This document shows positions 1 through 10,682 of a stretch of 64,000 nucleotides of DNA, in pieces. Below the pieces are notes generated by a model. The model saw only the letters and a program-made list of their open reading frames with translations, ran no database searches and was not told the DNA's origin. Location of the stretch: the NCBI GenBank assembly GCA_964276515.1, contig OZ193909.1, forward strand, positions 5,270,001-5,334,000, given 5' to 3'. The stretch comes from Gordius albopunctatus (lineage: Eukaryota). A program made the translations under genes and the position numbers. Each line of letters begins with the position of its first letter. Position 1 is the first letter of the stretch.

Positions 1-257
1 AATTTTGGGGCTAGATTCAAACTCTAGCCCCAATCCTCAGGTCGGAACGAATCCAAAAACCCTGACAAACCCCTGAACTAATAAATTATTTAGGTTATCG
101 CCATCTGTAAACGATTTTAATTTAGATGAACACATTATATCCTTTTACGCATTGCCCTTTATATATAAGCTACTGTGTGTGTATTAGAGTGTATATATAA
201 CTCTCCCCCCCCCTCTTCTCTTTCCCTTCTCACACAACCCAGCTTATACTGAACTGA

Positions 258-490
258 GAGCATGGGGATACCTAGAGTTGTTAAATTGCTAACTTTCTTC
301 AACTCCAGCCACCATCTGCTCGAGTTTCTGCTCGGCCCTCGAGAATTTTTATATGCTACTGCTCTGCCTACTGCACCAAACAGCGAGCACATATTGTGTT
401 AACGCGCATATTAAGCAACTCAGTGTGCGTGCTCGCGTTTGGAGTTTGAAGAAACTTAGCAATTTAACAACTCTAGGGATACCCTTGCTC
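258..490. repeat. Inverted repeat / foldback (arms 258-306 and 441-490)
   Basis: 22-bp perfect core CCTAGAGTTGTTAAATTGCTAA (271-292) is the reverse complement of 456-477; arms extend to ~49 bp with a few mismatches. Confidence 0.85.
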
Positions 491-2717
491 CAAAATATTC
501 ACATCCGAATAGTAAGGCTAGTCGCCTTGCTCCATCCCTGTTCCCAACCCCACACCACCTAAATATTATTTTGTATGGGAGGCGATGCGCTACTAATTAC
601 TATGCTATGAATGACGCATAATGCATAAGTTAAGAGAGGGAGGGAGGAGTAGGGGATAGTTATTGTTAATGCAGCGTGCACCTATTTTAATTTTTAACTC
701 AATATAAAATAAATATAAAATGTTATTATACATATGAGTCATAATGTATTTTGTAATATAATATTAATTAAGTAAACATAAACTCTTTTTTAGGGGTGTA
801 TAAGACCCAAGATTGTAAATTTTTTTTTAGATATCATATGATCGAGTTTATATATCAACATCGATGTTGATTAAATACATACAAAAACGAAATTTAATTT
901 AAATATTTGATTTTGCATAGAAATCTTTTTTAAGCCATATAATTTCTAAATATTTGTCTTTTAACCATGCGTGAAATTTATAAAATACCTCGATATATAT
1001 TTAATTGACTTTAAAAGTTTGCATTTAAATATACTATTGGGCCTAAATTAATATATAATTTTTTTATTACCTGTCTTTAGTTCTTAAATGTAATATATTG
1101 GTTCGTTTTTACTTATATAAATTAGCTCCTGAGACTTTCTTGATTTAATTTGTGTAAAATATTGCCTTAGGTCGGCCTAATTTTTGTTCGAGCCCAAAGC
1201 AAAAGAACAATGTTTTGGTGCTCAAATCTTGGATAATATATATATTTAATTTTTGGATTACACTTGTCTTAGATTAGCCGTTTAAATGCGGTATATGTAT
1301 TTCAACAAATTAAAGACAATCACTTGGTATACGAGATCTATCAGGGCTTTGAGCATCTAGATAAGCTATGAATATGATAAAATCCTCCCTAAGCATAACG
1401 TTCTCTCCAAAAACAATAAATTTTGCAAAGTAACGATCTATGATTTCATTTCTTGATATGAATTAATATAGCACGAATGACATTTGTGTCTGGCATTTGA
1501 TAATCCGTTACAGCCACAACCTGATTTAAAATACCAAATTTATCCTCATCTCGATCATATTTTAAGTCCACTTTTGTTTTGTTTCTTGTCACCAATAATA
1601 AGAAAGCTTACTTATAAAGCTGAAAACGTGTCGTTTTAATAAGGTGAAGATGTCGTAAATCATTTATTTGAGTTCGGCCATGAGCAAGCTCTAATGTGTT
1701 TCATTCTTGATAAACTTGAGTGTGAGATTAAGCGAGTGAATATCTTGAAGTATAAATAGAGGTATGATATGAGGATAGAGATTAACCACTCTTAATATTT
1801 GGCTTGTGACAAGTTATACGTCTACACGGAGTTGAGAATGCACGATCGCCCGGTAACGATTTGATATGAGATCTACCTTATGAACGCTGTAATTGTCCAA
1901 ACTTAATATAAATTGGGGCCTAGTCTATAACTAAAATTTAAACGGCCATCACGCCAGTGTGTAATTGCGAACGTTGTTAGCACGCACAATATTAATATTA
2001 TCAATGCGTATATAGCTAAGGTGAGAAGAATCACACACCAATGTTGAAACCACTTTGCCCGAGTGTATCTCTTTGGCTCAGCCTATTTAGTTTAGCATTT
2101 CGCTGCCTTGTTAAGCAGTCAAGAACCTTTTACTCTATTGCCGAATACCCAAGCCACCGATGAAAACACTCTAAAGTTTCTGCGCGCAAGGACGTAGCCA
2201 GTATTGCAACTAGAGGGGGACAATAATGCTTTATGGTGGGACGATTGAAATTTAAGCCATAATTATATTAAATCTTTAAAATTTTTGGGTTTAGAAAGGA
2301 GCCGTCTCCCCTCACCGGAAAGATTCAAGGCCGGGCCTAACCAGGTCCCGGATGATTTAGGTTTTCGTCTGAAGAGTTTATTTATGCGTTCAAAACTGGG
2401 GGTAAACTCGCAAAATATATGCGTGAATAAACGCGCATAAATGTAATGAAGGAAAGCGAATTTTACACAAGGTAGAGTAAGTGGAGAGAGGAGGGACGAA
2501 TGGTGGCTTTGTGAGGAAAAAAGCCGAATAACGCCTAAGTACAGGAGCGTCGTTTATCTTTATATACATGACTGCATAGGGGGGTAACTGTTCTAAGTCA
2601 ATTCTCTCCGCTGGAAAATCGCTGTACCAAAATTGTGGATTGAACTCTTATTGCCATGTTGTAGAATATATTTCAATGTCACTATCAACTAGCTCGGTGT
2701 CTGGAGTTGGCGGGAGC

Positions 2718-4340
2718 CGGGATGGTGAGTGTGTCGGGTTTTAGGCTGTTGGTATCCAGACTATATTGAGGTGAATGTTTAAGAGGTTTTTAAAACCGTA
2801 GATTTTCACGAATATTGCAATCACTTCTTCGATTACGGGCGAGTTGGACTCCCCTTTTTAAAAACGTAGTAGACTGTTTCCGAGTTCATGACCATTTTGG
2901 GGTTATTGTGTACTGCTAAGTATGCCCTTACATAACCGTACAATACAGCAACCGTTTCGGAGAGGTGCTGTGGCGAATATCTCTTCGCCTCCAACCGAAT
3001 GAGGCTGCTGCATTTTAGAAGGTGGCTGAGTGGGCTCTGTTATCATCCACGATACCAATGTAAGATCCCGAATCCACATAAATTTTTGTTGTAGATGCTG
3101 CAAAGAGTGGGACGGCTTCTTGCGCAAACTTTAGGATTGCGCTAAGTTTTTCTGCTTCAAGGCTTTTATCGGGCCACGGGGGATCTGCTCTAGTAAGGCT
3201 GTATAAAGTTTAAACATTTCTGTTAAAAAGTAATTGAGTTGAGTATGCCAAATGCTTCTAGTAAAGCGGTGTCAGGGAGTATGTAGTGGAGTTCTAGGTA
3301 TAATACATCGGCGGCTATTTGCAGACGATTGACGGTGGCATTTTTGCATTTATTCGTTGTTACCTCTGTAGAGGATTTCTACTTTATTAATATAACCAAA
3401 AGATCATCATCTCTATCGTTAAGCATTAGCTTATATACCATTGTAAAGAAGTTAATATTAATAACATTATTAAATCGTAAGGTAGTTGAGGGCTATTCAA
3501 ATTATAATAAGTGTGAATAAAGTGATAGGCAAATCATAAAGATACCAATATTCTAATTAGGTAATACTATATGTCGAGCTTGATTTCCATGCCTAAGTAG
3601 TCTATGTGTTGTGTTGGCATGATGGAGGATTTAGATAAGTTTATCGTGAGTCCCCATTCTTTGGTTAACGAAGCTAGGCTCCCTACGTTTTCCTGGACTG
3701 AGTCGTAATGGGGGCTGTAGATTAGTAGGTCGTCTAAATACAATAGCGGGATTGCTTTTTGGCTAAGTCGCTGACTATTATTTTAAGAACAAATGGTTAA
3801 AACGACGCCTCCATCCGGAGGACATTTTGCTGGTAGTACCTTTTTTGCCAGACATAGCCCAAGAGCTTTTTTGTGGTTTAGTGGATTGGTATGGAGAAGA
3901 AATCCGCTTTGAAATTGATTTTTGGAGCATAGCGACAGCGTTGGCTAAGTGTTTAGCTGTTAAATAGTATTTTAGCCAGCTTCATTGGTTTAGGAAGAAG
4001 TTTTTTGAAGCAGCGGAAAGTTCAGTAATTATCCTGGCCCCGTTGGCTTTTGAAATGAAGAAAGTGGCTGAGCAGATGGCTAAGAACATGTTTTGGAGAC
4101 GACATTTGCTTTGAACTTTTCCGTGAAAAAGCTGGCGAGTCTTTTGAGTAACGTTTCCCCTTTATTGGAACAAAAAGACATTGGTTGGCAGCAATTAGCG
4201 ATTTGTTGAGTACTTTTCGTAAGAAGGGGGATATAAGAGTATGTGACGTGAGTCTAGACGTTTGAATGTCCAGCTTACCTGTGGGTTTTGAAGATATCCG
4301 CGCTTTACTCCATCCGAACAACACTTTATGTGCTTGTAAC
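2718..4340 (-). pseudogene. pol pseudogene (reverse transcriptase + RNase H) of the 2.3-5.6 kb retroelement
   Basis: RT and RNase H motifs present in colinear order but broken by several stops and frameshifts. Confidence 0.8.
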
Positions 4341-5350
4341 AAGGGTCGGATTGGTCCCGACCTTGCGTCCCGATCGAGGGAAGATTTATAGTCAGAAGGG
4401 CGCTGCTCAGATTGAGATGGTAGCGACGGTGGATCGGCTTGTTGAAGTGGATTGTGTGGCGGTGTTTCCGGTAGACTCGGACCATCGTCACTAGGCGGGG
4501 AAAAGAGAATTTGGCGCTTTTCTTCAATAAAAAATTGATATTTTTAACCCATGCGGGAGAAAGAATTTCTTTGTCCCCGTCGGGAGTCGCTAAGCCATCA
4601 GGCCCGTACCACCATTTGTCTACTAATTTGCGGATTCTTTTCCAAAACGCTGGGCAGGGGCCGGGCCCTTTTTGAAGTTGGGGCCCTTAGATTAACCTTG
4701 ACCTCTGCCAGCTGTTGGAAACACTGCTTTTTAATTGGGTGCGATATATCTACGTCTTTAAACTTCATCTCTTTTAACCAAGCTGAGTCCTGCTGCCAGC
4801 TGAACTTAATTACTAAACACATTGTTATTAATTAATCGTCGATAGGGATCAGCACTTAAGGTCATGGGGATGTATTCAAGTTGGTGCAGTGGATGGCAAA
4901 TTGAGCTTCGTGCTTGTCGCGCTTACGAAACTTTATTGTCGAGATCTTGGATTAGCTCCTTTAATCCTTTGCAGAGCACTACGATGTCCGCTAGTACCGA
5001 GTCAGCGGTAGTTTTAGCGCTGGGAGGATTTGCATCGTAGGTGGTTGTGAGACCACTGAGACAAGCGTAGGCTCGGTTGTACGTATCCCTATATTTTGTA
5101 GCAGTCGCATGAGGACCTCGGTCAGTTTTAGCTGCGATTAGGCTTATCGAGCGCCGCCACTGCCGTCTCCTGAATTTTGGTTATTTTTGTTAGCAAGCAT
5201 AGCGTGCTCTGCGGTACCTGGGTTTGTTTCAGCGGGTGGCGAAGACATTTTATTATCAGTTGTAAGAATAAAAAAGCTAGAACTGCCATGTCCTTGTGAC
5301 CTAGTAATAAGCATTAAATATATACTACATAAAAACGCTTTAGACTCAAC

Positions 5351-5502
5351 TAGAGCCCTGCACGGCCCGAAGCCCGTTTTTAAAATTTTCTATTTAAAAT
5401 CGGGTCGGGCCAAAAATAAAAAGTCATTCGGGCTCGGGCCGGGCAAAATAAAAACTGAGACGTCGGGCTCGGGCAGAAAAAATTTCATTTTGTAGGGCTC
5501 TA
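5351..5502. mobile_element. hAT-type MITE (TAG...CTA ends, CGGG/CCCG-rich subterminal repeats)
   Basis: TIR TAGAGCCCTGCA / TGTAGGGCTCTA; 8-bp TSD GACTCAAC / GGCTCAAC; inverted relative starting at 44237. Confidence 0.85.
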
Positions 5503-5619
5503 GGCTCAACAAATAAATTTTAAATGAGGTATAGAGTAAAACAATGGGATTTATAAGGGACGAATGGTGGCGTTTCAAGGAAAAAGGCTCGCCAGCCTTT
5601 ACGGAAATGATCAAAGCGA

Positions 5620-6810
5620 ATGTCGTCTCTCAAACAACGACTTATATGTCCCCTCTTGCTTATTCTTAATATTCATCTTAACATTCGCATCTACATTGGA
5701 GCCAAGCTTTGCTCTTCTTTAGCTTTAATTGTCCATGTCTCCGCTCCATACATTACCGTGGGCACCATAACAGTGTTATATAATCGTCCTTTCAATTCGA
5801 GTGCTATGTCTTTGTCACATAGTACACCTTTAAACCCCCTGAATTTTTTCAAGCCTGCGTTAATTCTTGCCTTAATTTTGCTTTTCACACCCCTTCACAT
5901 TGTAACTTAGAACTAATATATTTGAATTCCTTCATACTGTTTAAACACCAGTCATCGAAGATGTGTTTCTTTGTATTCATTTCCCGACTCCAAGCATATG
6001 TATTCTGTTTTATTCCGATTGACCCTTCAATTAGATCCATCCACACTTTTACCTGCGTTGCATATCCACATTTGAATCTTGGTACAACACTATATCATCC
6101 GCAAAGAGCATTGCCGATGATTCGCGTTTCAAGTCCTTAGTTATCCTATTCTAAAATTGTTATAAAGAGCAATGGACTTAATGCCAATCCTTGATGCAGA
6201 CCGAAATTTAGACGGAATCGCTTTGATGTACCACTGGATGTCCGTACTTTGGTCTTTGCATTACTATCCTTTATTAAACTTATATAAGCGTCGGGTACAC
6301 CATTGTAACTCAGGCAATCCCTTAGCAAATGTCTTAAAACTTCATCGATAGCTTTATACAGATCAATGAAACACATTTGAAGCTCCTTCTGTTTTTCCTT
6401 ATATATTTACATTAGTTGCTCGAGCGCATTTATTGCATTAGAAGATGAATTTCCAGGCATGAAGTCAAATTGTCGATCATCTAATGAGATTTTTTTCGAG
6501 TCTAGTTTCTGTAGCCTTTTCCCACACCTTAATTGCGCGACTCGTTAACTTTGTTTCTCGATAGTTATTGCACTCTTGTACATCTCCCTTCATTTTATAG
6601 AATGGCATAACATAGCTTTCTCTCCGCTCATCAGGCATCATAATATCTGAAAGTACTTTGTTAAACGTTCAACAGCTTTAAAGGTAAATATACACATAAG
6701 GGTCCTAGCGTTTTTACCTTACATATGTAAATTATTAGGTCGCACCGCTTTACACATAGTCATCTTTTTAAGCACCTCGTCAACCTCCTCTTCAATTACC
6801 TCTAAAATTT
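5620..6810 (-). mobile_element. Truncated, degenerate RTE-clade LINE (RT domain)
   Basis: CFIDLYKAIDEV, GLHQGLALSPLLF, LFADDIVL (FADD 6105-6094), YGAETWT; colinear with the RTE segment at 13174-13725. Confidence 0.9.
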
Positions 6811-6829
6811 CGAATTGAATACTTAAAAA

Positions 6830-8262
6830 ATCGCAAGGGAAAATCTTGGGCCCCTTAAGCCATTTTTTTAAATCTTAATTAACAAATAATATAAAGATTA
6901 TTATTATTGTTTTTGAATAAAACTTTTAATTATAATATTTTATATTAAATTTTAAGGATATTAGAAATGAGGATCACTATCAAATTCTTTATAATAAGGC
7001 GAAAGATTTAGCTGCAATTTTGATTAATTACCTTCTAAACGTATCAAAAAACCAAAAAATTATGGGCTTTTAAACTTGTTAACACTTTCAAATTATATTA
7101 AAATATTATTAAATTTACGAAAATTTCATCCTGGATTCAATTTAATTGTCCATCTCACATGATTATTGTTTAGCATATCTTGCATGTTTTTGTGAACCAC
7201 ATGCACATATAAAGCCAATAGTTTTCAAAAAAAATAGTTCGTACACCATTTTTTTCCCTTCATTAGTGATATCGCATCATAAGTTTGATAAATTAATATT
7301 AATAACCAATTCCTGCATTTTGTAGACAATTGTTAACGCATCAAAACTTTCAAGGGATAAAAATCCTAAAAAGTTTATTATGTTTGTCTTTAAATTAAAC
7401 GCTAAGTTGTTCTGTGCATCTCTCATCTCTAATTTCATCTAAAATTCTTAAATAAAATTTTGATTCATTTAATTGTGACAAAATAAGGTTCATTTAGCTG
7501 TTAAATTTATAAGTTCATTTTAATTTTTAGGTGGTGTAAAAGGGGGGGGTTCTGCAAATATATCTATAATATCATCAGGGGCAATAACTTCTAAATACTC
7601 ATTCTCGAACAAATTTTAATTTTATAATTAATTTTTTTTATATTTTATGTTATAATTACGCCTTTTGAGGATCACCTTAAAAAGGCTTTTAAATGTTTGC
7701 ACTGGTTTCCTGATATAAATGCTGCCTGAAAATGCTGCCAATATTGCATATGTAAAATTAAAATTTGTTATGTATATGGCCAAGATTTTTGGGGTTGTGA
7801 CAATAATTTTTATAAAACTTTATTATATAATTTTTTAACTATTTGCAATATTTTTTAAAATGCCAACGATTTCTCATCAATATCCCCGTTCCACTTTTAC
7901 CCTTACAATTCATTTATACAAAACTTATTATACCATGTGAAATTTTCTATCTTGTTTCAACTACATCACTTTGTTTTATTTATGAATAAATTTTATTTAT
8001 TTTATACCCTATAAACATGAGGGGACATACCACAAAGTAATAGTGGAATTTTAAGTTTGCCCAACGTTTACGAGGGAAAAATTTTCAATTGCATTTGAAC
8101 CATGGTTGCCAGGTTTTGGATTGGGGGCGGCAAAACAAAAATATTTTTAATTTTGAAGGGATTTCGTAGGAAAATTTTTTGACCCCCCCCCCCACCTACG
8201 CCCATGTTTTGACTAGCTCAGCCCCCCCCCCCCCAAAAGCAAAAACGCTAGCTACGCCACTG
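6830..8262. mobile_element. Internally deleted copy of the 10683-13173 hAT element, in inverted orientation
   Basis: Ends in TIR CTAGCTACGCCACTG (8248-8262); ~7070-8262 is the reverse complement of 10683-11890 and ~6835-6940 matches ~12985-13100. Confidence 0.9.
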
Positions 8263-9300
8263 ACTATATAATGATAGAAAAGGCTATTTTAGTGAGGTAG
8301 TGATTTGGCCTTTAAATTCTATGAGGAGGAATTATAACCGAACATTGAATGGGAGCAAATTATAAAAGTAAAATTTATAAAATATTTAAAAATATATGGC
8401 ATTAAATAAAAGGATAGCCTTATTAAGATAAAAATTCAATATTTTAAGTGCTTATCACCATTAAATGCCATATCCTATAGAGATATTGGCTTGGAAACTG
8501 CTATAGTAAGTCAGCCAGATTTTTTTTATCAACTAACGAGGTATCAACCTTGGATCGTCTATTTAAGAGCGACATGAACGCGAAGTCTCTATTGGAGACA
8601 TTTTTGCACGAACCACGTTTAAATTTATAAAGTATTAAAAAAATTCTCAATTTAAAGTTGTACGTTTTGGAAGGATGACTATTGTCTTTTCCAAGGTCAT
8701 CCCCTATATTTGCTTCCCTTCAACATTTTGATTAATTTAGAATTTGATAAATAAGAAAATAAAGTATAAAATGCAAAGTATAACTTAGTTTTTTTTGTAT
8801 AAAAAGACTTAAAAAGCTAAATTTTTGAAATAATATACTGCTATAAAACATTTTTGAATACTTTATTCATTGAAATAATTTACTAATATGAAAATAGTGT
8901 ATGTAAAAAACAATTATAACGCTGTACGAGTATTATCTGACTCCCTGCTTGACCATTATCCCCTCCCCCCCGCATAGGCATTCTCGCCCCTTCCCACCTA
9001 TCTCGCCCATAAATTGCATAGCAAATATGCTACGTTTATACGAAGTATAGATGAGTTTTGTAAAAACAATACCCAAAAATTAGGCGCATGTGACAAAACG
9101 AACTCCAAGTCGGACCCCGAGCGTTAATATTTTTATTTTCAATGTGTGTATTTTTTCCTGTAAATATCTTTCAAATAAATATTTTAAATGTATATGCAAA
9201 TTAAAAATCATAGTAGCCTTTTTAATGTGTTTTTTTTAATTATTAAAAAAACTTAATATATATTCGAATCGAATTCGAATCTAATTTTCTTCAAATCGAA
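8263..9300 (+). mobile_element. Fragmented copy of the 18839-20243 hAT element
   Basis: TATATAATGATAGAAAAGGCTATTTTAGT block matches ~19244 onward; 9125-9300 matches ~19987-20165; unrelated sequence in between. Confidence 0.75.
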
Positions 9301-9409
9301 TATTTTTTTATTTTAAAACAATTAATAACAGTTTAATATATTTTATAATGCAATTTAAAATTTAAGGGCGTCCTCATTAAACGACGCGCATGGTAGGCGC
9401 CCGTTTCAT

Positions 9410-9829
9410 GTGAAAAGTCAACAAGAGTCACTACATTTTCCGCAAACGGATGTAGTTAAAGAAACTAGTTTGCTAAGGACAAGATTGAGAGTGGGCTCAC
9501 TAAATGTTGGAACAATGACTGCAAAATGCCGAGAAGTTGCTGAGACCCTCAGCAAGCGACGGGTCGATATAGCGTGTATACAGGAAACAAGATGGAAAGA
9601 CGCAAAAGCAAGGGTGATAGGTGAAGGCTATAAACTTTACTTCAATGGCCTAGAAACGAATAAAAATGGCGTGACAATCATATTAGCTTCCCATCTGCAA
9701 GATAAAGTCATTGAGGTACAAAGAAAAGGTGGGCGACTCATGATGTTGAAACTATGCATAGAAGGTCAAATGATTAATGTAGTTTCCGGATATGCTCCGC
9801 AAACAGGATGCACAGATGAAGAAAGATGA
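9410..9829 (+). pseudogene. RTE LINE apurinic-type endonuclease fragment
   Basis: GSLNVGTM, IACIQETRW, VVSGYAPQ motifs; premature stop and deletion follow. Confidence 0.85.
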
Positions 9830-10682
9830 AACGCTGCGGATTTGGCCATCACAAATACCTTCTTCAAAAAGAATGTAAATCACCTAATAACGTACAAAAG
9901 TGGAAATCGATTTTAGCAGATTGACTTCCTCCTAATATCAAGAAAGGAATTAAAGAATGTACGAGATTGTAAGGTGATACCAGGTGAGGCTATTGCAGCC
10001 CAGCATAGACATGTTGTGATGGACTATATAATCTCTAAGGCGAAAACACAAAAGCTGGAGAGATTAAATAGGAAAATCAAATGGTTCCGGCTACCAAAAT
10101 TGAAAGATATTTACAATGATCAAATAGTTGAACGGCTGCAAATATATGATCAGCAGAATGCTAACGATATGTGGAATAACATAGCTAACACGGTACGATC
10201 AGTAGCGAGATGTGTTCTAGGAGAAGGTAAACCAGGTATACAAAAAGATAAGGAGACATGGTGGTGGAAGGAAGACGTGCAACGCCTGGTCAAGTTGAAA
10301 AGAAAGCTTTACAAATTATGGTCAGGCAAAAGAAGTGAAGAAACAAGATTGGCATATGTGAAAGCTAAAAAGGAGGCTAAACGTTGTGTAGCCAAGGCTA
10401 AAACAGAGGTCTACGAGAATTTGAATGCCAAGCTAACTAGTAAAGAAGGGGAGAAAATGATCTACAAAATCGTAAAGACCAGGGCAAGGAACTCAAAGGA
10501 TGTGGTAAACGTGAAAACCATAAAGAGCAAAGATGGCATCACTCTAACTCAGGAACATCACATCACAGATCTTTGGGAAGAATACTATAAAGAATTATTA
10601 AACAGTGAAAATGGGTTTTCGGACTACTGCGATAGCAAGAACTATGAATAGGACCCAGAGTTAGAAGTAACAGAGGAAGAGG

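Larger units (their letters stand above)
2320..5590 (-). mobile_element. Degenerate retroelement with ORF1 + RT + RNase H of DIRS/hepadnavirus-like (HEART-like) type; no integrase or tyrosine recombinase seen
   Basis: Manual minus-strand translation across frameshifts: FFISKANGARIITELS (~4065-4018), KINFKADFFSIPIH (~3922-3881), YYQQNVLRMEASF*PFVL, LYLDDLLIY (YLDD 3740-3729), WGLTINLSKSSIMPTQHIDYLGMEI (~3660-3585), RNase H KIYVDSG (YVD 3080-3072), QHLSETVAV, NSETVYYVFKKG, NIVWIPTA*NPTHSPSR (~2768-2718); 16-bp direct repeat near both ends. Confidence 0.8.

Noticed and set aside
2369..2416. CTGAAGA followed by a GAGTTTA/TAAACTC stem, reminiscent of a hammerhead ribozyme core
   Set aside because: No GAAA directly after the stem and no convincing stems I/III
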